64,000 bases of DNA. It comes from Candidatus Micrarchaeaceae archaeon (GTDB lineage Archaea; Micrarchaeota; Micrarchaeia; Micrarchaeales; CABMGC01). Numbering within the stretch: the stretch's first letter is position 1; each line of letters opens with the position of its first letter. Below the pieces are notes generated by a model. It saw only the letters and a list, made by a program, of their open reading frames with translations. It was not told the DNA's origin and did not search any database. Of this stretch, positions 56,706 through 64,000 are shown piece by piece. Location: contig JAVZVY010000001.1 in NCBI GenBank assembly GCA_038878295.1, positions 32,001-96,000 of the forward strand, written 5' to 3'. The position numbers and the translations under genes are program-made.

Positions 56706-56810
56706 TTAGTATTATGAACATGCTGATATATAAACCTTTCCTAAAAATGACTGACTACTCAGTATATAAATAATGACCGATAGGTTAATAAATTTACGTC
56801 GGCATTATAT

Positions 56811-57368
56811 ATGCGATTAGGCGATTGCGTGAGAGGTAATAAAGAAAAGCAAATAATAAATGCTGCCATAAACGTATTTTCAAAGAAGGGTTTTGACATA
56901 TCGAACGTAGACGAAATCGCTTCAGCAGCCAAGGTAAGCAAAGGTACAGTATTCCTTTATTTCAAAAAGAAAGACGAACTGATAAAGCGAGTAGCACTAC
57001 TTTCTGTGCCATACCCTGAAATTACTTCCATAAATAGCAAAACTTATGAGGACTACAAAAAACTGCTAAACGATTTCGGCAATGCATTCTTGGATAAATA
57101 CGCCGACAAGCGCATGCGAGAGCTGTTTATAATGACTATGGCAAAAAAAGGGTATTACAAGATCATTGAAGACCAGCTTAAAGAGCTCTGCTTTGTAGAA
57201 ATGGATAAGATGTTCAGCACAGTAGAAAGGTTAAGTGGCAGGCCTGTACACATTACTGTAAAGAAGGCGTTCTTCGGTGCGCTCTTGTGCTATATACTCT
57301 GGTGGGGCCACAACAACATAGATCCTGGCAAATACGTCAGCGATCTGGTAGACAATTTATTTGGATAG
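56811..57368 (+). CDS. TetR/AcrR family regulator
   Basis: IINAAINVFSKKGF..VDEIASAAKVSKGTVFLYFKKKDEL. Confidence 0.93.
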   Translation: MRLGDCVRGNKEKQIINAAINVFSKKGFDISNVDEIASAAKVSKGTVFLYFKKKDELIKRVALLSVPYPEITSINSKTYEDYKKLLNDFGNAFLDKYADKRMRELFIMTMAKKGYYKIIEDQLKELCFVEMDKMFSTVERLSGRPVHITVKKAFFGALLCYILWWGHNNIDPGKYVSDLVDNLFG

Positions 57369-57653
57369 AGAGACAAATGAGCAACTAAATGCACTAAGCT
57401 AGAAAACTAGCAATTTAGGGAACCTTGGCGCAGCTGAATTCTGCAATTACCGGAATTTTTATACCTTTTCTATTCAGCAAAGCAGGTGATGCCGCCGCTG
57501 GCTATTGCTTACTGCCACTATTCCATCTATTTCATTTTGTCAATAGAATCAGCCATCGGCAAGCTTTTTTGAGGGCATCATACTATAAGGAGTTGCCTCG
57601 AAGAAAGAAAGTAGCGTGTCTTGTCGACTGCCCAAACAATACAGAGTACAGAA

Positions 57654-57728
57654 TGGGCCCGGAGAGATTTGAACTCTCGACCTACGGCTTATAAGACCGC
57701 CGCTCTAACCATGCTGAGCTACGAGCCC
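57654..57728 (-). tRNA. tRNA-Ile(TAT)
   Basis: GGGCTCG...GCGGT-CTTATAA-GCCGT...GAGAGTTCAAATCTCTC-CGGGCCCA; anticodon at 57691-57693. Confidence 0.9.
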
Positions 57729-57791
57729 AAACTAACAATATTATATTTTGCTATACTTATTTATTTTATACCTTATCGCTGGTGCTCATTG

Positions 57792-59096
57792 ATGGATTTC
57801 GGTGAAGGTCTGAGAAAAGCAATAGCAAGGCTCAGCGGAGCCACCATCATAGACGCAAAGACAATCAGAGAATTTAACAAGGAGCTGCAGAAGGCGCTGC
57901 TTAGCGCAGATGTTGACGTAAACCTTGTCTTTGAGTTCACTAAAAAGATAGAGGACGCTGCACTTCATGAAAAGCTGCCACCAGGAGTTACTCCTAAGGA
58001 GTACATAACTAACATGGTATATGATGAGCTTGTCAAGCTTGTAGGCGAGGCTTACGCGCCAGAAATAAAACCGAAAAAAATATTGCTGCTTGGTATATAC
58101 GGCTCCGGCAAAACCACTACCGCTGCGAAGCTTGCTAAATTTTACCAGGACAGAGGCCTTAGCAGCGGCCTCATTTGTTGCGACGTCTCGAGGCCAGCCG
58201 CATATGAGCAGCTCGAAACATTGGCAAAGCAAGCTAACGTAGGATTTTATGGTATAAAGGGAGAAAAGGACGTAAAGAAGATTGTTTCAGCTGCCTTGCG
58301 CGAGCTCAAGGACAGAAAGGTCCTCATATGTGATTCGAGCGGAAGAAATTCGCTTGACAAGGAGCTTACCGACGAGCTTAAAAAAATAGTAGAAGCTTTC
58401 AAACCAGACGAAAAACTTCTGGTAATAAACGCCGATACAGGGCAGGTTGCTGGAAGCCAGGCCAGAGGATTCAACGATGCTGTCGGGGTGGATGGCGTAA
58501 TAATAACAAAGCTTGATGGCTCTGGAAAAGGCGGAGGCGCACTGAGCGCCGTAAATGAGGCAAAAGCAAGGGTGACTATGATCGGCGTGGGCGAGAAGCT
58601 CAACGCCATCGAGCTCTTCGATCCGAAGAAATACGTTGGGAGGCTTCTTGGCATACCTGATATAGAGGGACTCATAGCTAAGGTAAATGAGGCGGTAAAG
58701 GAAGCAAACATAAAGCCTGAAGACGTGAATGTCGAAACCCTCACGTTCGATACGTTTTACACCCAGCTCAAAGCAATGCAGAAAATGGGTCCTTTGAAGA
58801 ACATAGTTGGTATGATGGGCATGCCAGACATGCCAAGTAGCATACTCGATCAGAGCGAAAGCAAATTCAAGAAATATGAGGCTATTATAGGGTCCATGAC
58901 TAAGGAAGAAAGGTCAAATGGATCGTTGATGCACAATTCTTCGCGAGTAAGAAGAGTCGCAATGGGCAGCGGCACTGAAGAAAAGGACGTAAGGCAGCTT
59001 GTAAGCGACTTTGAGAAAATGAAAAAGATCATGAAGATGATTGAAAACGACAGAAACCTGAGAAAAAAGATGGGCAAATTCATTCAAAGCATGTAA
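57792..59096 (+). CDS. srp54: Signal recognition particle protein SRP54
   Basis: GIYGSGKTTT, DSSGR, TKLDGSGKGGGALS and M-domain SMTKEER...SRVRRVAMGSG. Confidence 0.96.
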   Translation: MDFGEGLRKAIARLSGATIIDAKTIREFNKELQKALLSADVDVNLVFEFTKKIEDAALHEKLPPGVTPKEYITNMVYDELVKLVGEAYAPEIKPKKILLLGIYGSGKTTTAAKLAKFYQDRGLSSGLICCDVSRPAAYEQLETLAKQANVGFYGIKGEKDVKKIVSAALRELKDRKVLICDSSGRNSLDKELTDELKKIVEAFKPDEKLLVINADTGQVAGSQARGFNDAVGVDGVIITKLDGSGKGGGALSAVNEAKARVTMIGVGEKLNAIELFDPKKYVGRLLGIPDIEGLIAKVNEAVKEANIKPEDVNVETLTFDTFYTQLKAMQKMGPLKNIVGMMGMPDMPSSILDQSESKFKKYEAIIGSMTKEERSNGSLMHNSSRVRRVAMGSGTEEKDVRQLVSDFEKMKKIMKMIENDRNLRKKMGKFIQSM

Positions 59097-59140
59097 AAAT
59101 TTAAAACCAAAAAAAATAGAAAAACAACTCAAAATTCACT

Positions 59141-59176
59141 TCATTTCTTGCTTTTCTTTCCCTTCTTCTTTGCCAT
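59141..59176 (-). CDS. Candidate Lys-rich micropeptide MAKKKGKKSKK
   Basis: GGTAGA RBS-like motif, upstream AT-rich TATA-like sequence and downstream T-tracts. Confidence 0.35.
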   Translation of the reverse strand: MAKKKGKKSKK

Positions 59177-59276
59177 TTCATCTACCAGTGTTAAAATTAT
59201 TTACATAAAAATATTTAAGATAGACATTTTTATTCATATATAATCGTATATTGTTATTCAAGTTTTGCATGATTTT

Positions 59277-60383
59277 ATGGAAGACAGCGCAGCAAGCAGA
59301 AAGCTTGATGAGCTTTTAGATGAATATTCTAGAACTAAATACAACAAAGCGACAGACAAACATTTAGGTATCCTTAGGGCAAAAATCGCAAAAATTAGGA
59401 AGGAGCTTTCTTCTAAGCGTGAGAAAAAAGGCTTTGGCTTTTCGATTAGAAAGGAGGGCGACGCGACTGTAGCGCTTGTAGGAATGCCTAATTCGGGCAA
59501 GTCTTCGATATTGAATGCGCTTACCAATGCGAAATCTGCTGTTTCTGAGAGAGTGTTTACCACAGTCGAGGCCATCCCTGGCATGCTTTTGTATAAGGGG
59601 GCAAAGATACAACTCCTCGATCTGCCTGGCTTGATAGAAGATGCCTATAAGGGCAGCGGGGGCAGTATGAAGATAATGAGCGCGGCGAGAAATGCGGATC
59701 TGTTTCTGTTTGTTGCTGACGCCACAAATGTTGAGCCGCTTCTTAATCTTATAGCGGACATGAAAAAGTTTGGAGTCATAGTAAACGAAAGTCCGCCAGA
59801 CATAATTGTGGAAAAGCGCGCGAGAGGCGGCATAAGAATAAACAGCGGCGAAAGGAGAGTACCCTCAAGAGAAGCCATTAAAAGTATACTCGAAGAGTTC
59901 AAAATATTCAACGCAGAAATAACTTTCAGATCGGATGCCACCGAGGAGGATATGATTTACGCGATAGCGAAGAATAGGGTTTATGTGAAGGGTGCGATGG
60001 TCTTGAATAAGATAGATACTGTAGAAAATTTTGTAGAGCTTGCAGGTACTCTGGAAAAAAAGACGCATATGGAGGTTATACCGATAAGCGCATTATTGAT
60101 GAAAAACATTGATCTCTTAAAGGACAGGATATTTGATATGCTGGAATTGCAGAGAATTTACCTCAAGCCTAAAAACGGCCAAGTCGATTACGAAAGGCCT
60201 GTAGTAGTGAAAAAAGGAAGCACAGTAATTGACGTTGCAAGAAGGATACATACAGACATGGCTAAGAACTTCAAGTATGCATATGTCAGCGGCAGCAGTG
60301 TCAAATTTGACAACCAGAAGGTCGGCCCTGAGCACGTTGTTTCTGATGGTGATACGGTAACGATAGTCTATGCAAAAAGTTAA
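59277..60383 (+). CDS. DRG/OBG family GTPase with TGS domain
   Basis: YNKATDKH, GMPNSGKS, FTT, DLPG, NKID and a C-terminal TGS domain. Confidence 0.93.
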   Translation: MEDSAASRKLDELLDEYSRTKYNKATDKHLGILRAKIAKIRKELSSKREKKGFGFSIRKEGDATVALVGMPNSGKSSILNALTNAKSAVSERVFTTVEAIPGMLLYKGAKIQLLDLPGLIEDAYKGSGGSMKIMSAARNADLFLFVADATNVEPLLNLIADMKKFGVIVNESPPDIIVEKRARGGIRINSGERRVPSREAIKSILEEFKIFNAEITFRSDATEEDMIYAIAKNRVYVKGAMVLNKIDTVENFVELAGTLEKKTHMEVIPISALLMKNIDLLKDRIFDMLELQRIYLKPKNGQVDYERPVVVKKGSTVIDVARRIHTDMAKNFKYAYVSGSSVKFDNQKVGPEHVVSDGDTVTIVYAKS

Positions 60384-60413
60384 TATTGTTTTTTGAGATA
60401 GTTTAGTGATTCG

Positions 60414-60896
60414 ATGGCGCTGAAGTATTGGGAATTCGAGGATGCCCCTCTTAAGGAGAAGATAAAAAACCCGAGTGTAAAAGAGATAGCCAACGTGTTT
60501 TTTGAAAACGAGACAAAGGCTTATAGGTTCGCGAAGGCGCTTGCATTAGTAAAGAAGAAGGGTGAATTGAGACTTAAAGACTGCGGAGAAGAACTGCCTC
60601 TCGCCACTTGGAAGAGGTATTTGGATTTCGGCATAAGAGTTGGTCTGCTGAAGCACGAAAATGGCGCATATTCGTTTACGGACAGGTACTCTAAGCCTCT
60701 AAAAAATTTTTCGCTTTACATAAAAGCTTGGATGGAATCAAAAAATGACGAGGATCTGGAGGTTTTGTTTGCAGGAGCGAAGTCAGGAAAGCAAACTAAG
60801 AGAGGAGGCCGCGCGCCAGAGATTACAGGTGGAGAAACGGTTCACGGCGACGAACAAACAAATCAGGACAGCTCCGCGCCCTCTACGCAAAGCTGA
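60414..60896 (+). CDS. Hypothetical protein, possible winged helix
   Basis: LPLATWKRYLDFGIRVGLLKHENGAYSF pattern; disordered C-terminus. Confidence 0.7.
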   Translation: MALKYWEFEDAPLKEKIKNPSVKEIANVFFENETKAYRFAKALALVKKKGELRLKDCGEELPLATWKRYLDFGIRVGLLKHENGAYSFTDRYSKPLKNFSLYIKAWMESKNDEDLEVLFAGAKSGKQTKRGGRAPEITGGETVHGDEQTNQDSSAPSTQS

Positions 60897-60907
60897 TTCG
60901 CGACAGC

Positions 60908-62356
60908 CTATTTCCTGTACCACACGGTGCCATTTTCTGTATCTTCGATTTCGTACCCATATTCTTCGCGTATTTTCTGCCGTATAGAATCGGCGCTTTT
61001 GTAATCACCTTTTTTCCTAAGCTCTTCCCGACTTTTTATGAGTTCGGCCACATCGCGCGGAAGCTGCTGTTTGTATGTATCTCTTTCAAGAACGCCGAAT
61101 ACACCGGCCAGTGCCAAAACTGTGGATATTGCCTTGCCTTTTGCTTCCCTGCCTATATAAGCATTTGATTCGGCGATTTTTTTCAAATCAGAAATAGCGC
61201 TGACCAATGCAGAGAGCGCAAGGGGTGTATTGAAGTCATCGTTCATTGCTGCTTCGAATTCTTCTTCGAGCTTTGCAATCACTGCACCAATACCGGAATC
61301 GGCATCGCTTTTTTCGGCTTCTTTAGAGTTGTAGAATACGCTAAATGCTGAGTAAATATAACGCAATTTCTTGGATGCTTCAACGAGCAACGCTTCGCTG
61401 TATTCGATGTCCTTCCTGTAATGGGTCGAAGCATATAGCAGTCTGATTTCTTCAGAGCCAAACTTCTGCAAAACATCCCTTATCCTAACAAAGTTTTTAA
61501 GGCTCTTGCTCATTTTTTCGGACTTTACATTGAGCACGCCAGAATGCAGCCAGTATTTTACGAAAGGCTTTACTCCGAACGCAGCCTCAGATTGGGCTAT
61601 CTCGTTCGTATGATGTGGGAAAATAAGCTCAGAGGCGCCGCCATGTATGTCGTATTGCGGCCCGAAAATGGCATGTGTCATTGCGGTATCTTCTATGTGC
61701 CAGCCTGGCCTGCCATTTAGTTCAATTTCTTTGCCATTGATTACAATGGTTATGCGCCATGATGGCTCGCCTTCCTTCGCGGCCTTCCACAGGGCGAAAT
61801 CGTAGCTGTTTTTCTTGCCTTCCCTTGGTTCTATCCTGTGTTTAACCAGGTCTTCTATTTTCATCATCGAGAGTTTCGTATAGTCAGAAAACTTTGAAAC
61901 GTCGTAATAGATATCTTCGTCTACAAGGTACGCGTAGCCTTTATCTATAAGTAGCTGTATCTGATCTCTGATCTCTTTTATGTAGTCGTGCGATCTTGGA
62001 TACATGTCCACGTCACGCTTCACACCCAAGGCTTCCATGTCCTCAAGAAATCGCTTCTCGTAATATCTAGCAAGCTCTATCGGGTCGACGCCGCGCTCTT
62101 TGGCTCTGGCGATTATCTTGTCATCTACGTCAGTTATGTTCTGTACGTATTTCACTTCGTAGCCCAGGTGTCTGAGCCAACGCACGATTATGTCGAAATT
62201 TATGTATGTTTTAGCGTGCCCCATATGGGCATCGTCATACACAGTCTGGCCGCACACAAACATGTTTACTTTATTTCCATTCAGAGGAATGAATTCCTCC
62301 TTATCCCTATGCAGCGTATTGAATACGAAAAGTTTGCTTGGGTTTTTCCCTTCCAT
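60908..62356 (-). CDS. cysS: Cysteine--tRNA ligase
   Basis: CGQTVYD..HMGH, DFALWK, GRPGWHIE and KMSKS. Confidence 0.96.
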   Translation of the reverse strand: MEGKNPSKLFVFNTLHRDKEEFIPLNGNKVNMFVCGQTVYDDAHMGHAKTYINFDIIVRWLRHLGYEVKYVQNITDVDDKIIARAKERGVDPIELARYYEKRFLEDMEALGVKRDVDMYPRSHDYIKEIRDQIQLLIDKGYAYLVDEDIYYDVSKFSDYTKLSMMKIEDLVKHRIEPREGKKNSYDFALWKAAKEGEPSWRITIVINGKEIELNGRPGWHIEDTAMTHAIFGPQYDIHGGASELIFPHHTNEIAQSEAAFGVKPFVKYWLHSGVLNVKSEKMSKSLKNFVRIRDVLQKFGSEEIRLLYASTHYRKDIEYSEALLVEASKKLRYIYSAFSVFYNSKEAEKSDADSGIGAVIAKLEEEFEAAMNDDFNTPLALSALVSAISDLKKIAESNAYIGREAKGKAISTVLALAGVFGVLERDTYKQQLPRDVAELIKSREELRKKGDYKSADSIRQKIREEYGYEIEDTENGTVWYRK

Positions 62357-62407
62357 AATTAAAACGCTTAAGTAAAAGTATATTAACGTTTTCTGCAAAT
62401 AGCGGGC

Positions 62408-63175
62408 TTACGGCATTATTGTCTGATTTACTACGATGTTAGGCGTATAAGTCGGGCTTTTGCTCTGGTAGAAATCCGTCACTGCAATGTATTGTGAATG
62501 GGTCGCTATGGTACCGACCACTCCTGCTACAACCTTTATGCTTATGTTTTGGCACATAAATACTGAAATTGGTATTGAGGCGTTTACGAAATTGCTTGAT
62601 GGATATGGATTGTTTGGCGCAGCGTATGTGTTATAGTGGGCTACGAATACAGGCTTGCCATTTTGAAGAAGTTCTATATAAAGCAGATTATTCTGTGGCG
62701 AGATTATCTTGAAATTGAGATAAGGCTCAACGACCTTAAATATTGAGGACGTTATATTGCCAGGCTGAAGAGCCAAGCCTCCATGGAAAGTAGTTGCAAT
62801 AAATGTATTATTGATTCCTGTCCAAGTGTGGTTGTAGTAGCCGCCGTTGTTGTTTGCATATGTTATATTTAGTGGCGCTGTTCCAAAGCCGTAGCCTGTA
62901 ACATGCCAGTCAGCATACGTGCCTGTTGAAAAATTGCCGTTTGGTATAGGCACGGTTGCATTGGCAGATGTGCACAAACTAAATATAGTAGTTGATGCTG
63001 ATGTTGTTTTTGTTGTGGTAGATACAGGCACTGTTGTGGATGCTGTGGTTTTTGACGTCGTAGTTGAAGTAGTTGTTGGCAGTATTTTTGAATGAGGTGA
63101 CGGCAGGTAAAGAGCTAAAGCCACAATAGCAAGCAGTATAAAAATTATTATGTAAGCTACAATCCCTTTGTGCAT
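62408..63175 (-). CDS. Membrane-anchored Thr-rich surface protein
   Basis: N-terminal TM, T/S-rich linker, NGNFSTG...W beta domain and many sequons. Confidence 0.75.
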   Translation of the reverse strand: MHKGIVAYIIIFILLAIVALALYLPSPHSKILPTTTSTTTSKTTASTTVPVSTTTKTTSASTTIFSLCTSANATVPIPNGNFSTGTYADWHVTGYGFGTAPLNITYANNNGGYYNHTWTGINNTFIATTFHGGLALQPGNITSSIFKVVEPYLNFKIISPQNNLLYIELLQNGKPVFVAHYNTYAAPNNPYPSSNFVNASIPISVFMCQNISIKVVAGVVGTIATHSQYIAVTDFYQSKSPTYTPNIVVNQTIMP

Positions 63176-63354
63176 AAAAACACACTGTTGTATTAAGCAT
63201 ATTTATATTTATATAGTTATTCGTGCGTGTAGCGGCAATAAAAAACTTAAAAGTAATAGTCTCTGCTTGAATTTGATTGTGCTGATGCGGTAGATTTTTA
63301 AGATGTTGTGCATAATTATAAGCACAATCTTACATTAATGCGCGTGGTGTTAGC

Positions 63355-63468
63355 TTGGGAAGTATACCTAGGAAATGGAAAAAGAAAGGAAGAATGAGAT
63401 GGAAGTGGGTAAAGAAAAGAAGAAAGAGGATCAAGAGAGCCCAAAAGAGAAGAGTCGGCGAGCTCTAA
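63355..63468 (+). CDS. rpl41e: Ribosomal protein eL41 (eS32), archaeal long form (not in ORF track)
   Basis: TTG start after GTGGTG; translation [37 protein letters not shown]. Confidence 0.9.
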   Translation: MGSIPRKWKKKGRMRWKWVKKRRKRIKRAQKRRVGEL

Positions 63469-64000
63469 GCGGTAAGCAGCGTTCTGCTTTGGTAGCGCCC
63501 TCTTTTCTCTATTTCGGCAAGCCTTTCTATCACTTCTTCTGAATCGACAGCCAGCTTAGCATAGATTTTTTCTAGAGTTCTGTATTGTTTTCTTTCTATA
63601 GATCTTTTTATGAGTAGCAGATCTATGGCCTTCTCTTCGGCGCTAGATGTATGCTCAGCCAAACCAAAATCTATTATGTATATATCGCTGCCGTCAACCA
63701 GGATGTTCGCTGGGGTAAAATCGCCGTGCGCTATGCCGGCATTGTGCAGTTTGGCTAGGTAGAAACCTATTTTTGAAAATGTTTTCGCGTTTGCAGGCAT
63801 GTCTTTAAGCTGTTTACCTTGCACTCTTTCCATGTATATTGTATATTTACTGAATGCCACAAGCCGCGGAACCCTCACGCCAGCTTTCGCGGCATTATAC
63901 AAAGCCCTTGCTTCTTTCTTTGTACGGGTTTGTCTTATTTCTTCGTCGATAACCCTGTTTCTGTAATCTTTTGGAATTCTTACTTTCGCGACGAGCTCCT
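63465..64000 (-). CDS. bud32: KEOPS kinase Bud32 (5' part outside the window)
   Basis: [31 protein letters not shown] and RGRY. Confidence 0.92.
   Translation of the reverse strand, partial: ELVAKVRIPKDYRNRVIDEEIRQTRTKKEARALYNAAKAGVRVPRLVAFSKYTIYMERVQGKQLKDMPANAKTFSKIGFYLAKLHNAGIAHGDFTPANILVDGSDIYIIDFGLAEHTSSAEEKAIDLLLIKRSIERKQYRTLEKIYAKLAVDSEEVIERLAEIEKRGRYQSRTLLTA

Noticed and set aside
57370..57650. ORF 57425-57694 or a pseudogene remnant
   Set aside because: The plus-strand ORF overlaps the tRNA and has no motif; minus-strand fragments are interrupted by stops and unidentifiable.
54230..57728. Intact integrative element at tRNA-Ile
   Set aside because: No integrase and no duplicated tRNA 3' end were found by eye.
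57621..57791. 57-aa N-terminal extension of SRP54 in the ORF track
   Set aside because: It runs antisense through the tRNA-Ile gene; the ATG at 57792 has its own RBS and gives a normal N-terminus.
62990..63080. Tandem repeat in the gtt/tgt-rich stretch
   Set aside because: Simply the codons of a Thr/Ser-rich linker, with no regular repeat unit.

Overview
A 64 kb archaeal chromosomal segment made mostly of core genes. It is most likely from a DPANN archaeon of the Micrarchaeota/ARMAN type; this is inferred from the split RpoB/RpoA, PolD, GGTGA-type RBS, compact gene packing and a T-loop tRNA intron, not from a database search. It contains: a partial dnaK-grpE operon led by a wHTH regulator; the rpoH-B''-B'-A'-A''-Lsm operon; PolD DP1/DP2; P5C dehydrogenase; peroxiredoxin; alaS; cysS; scpAB; an 11-gene complex I-like nuoABCDHIJKLMN operon with no nuoEFG; primase large subunit; SRP54; a DRG GTPase; partial bud32; and six tRNAs, three of them with introns. 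I found no CRISPR array, transposase or integrase. The most unusual items are: (1) a Cdc48-like tandem AAA+ ATPase fused to a polytopic membrane domain; (2) a 905-aa protein with a degenerate and an intact metallophosphoesterase domain plus a long coiled coil; (3) a PriL whose Fe-S domain appears replaced by a PriX-like domain; (4) a rare tRNA-Ile(UAU); (5) a tRNA-Arg with a T-loop intron; and (6) several small genes missed by the ORF track (eL41, a Zn-finger protein, a Lys-rich micro-ORF).
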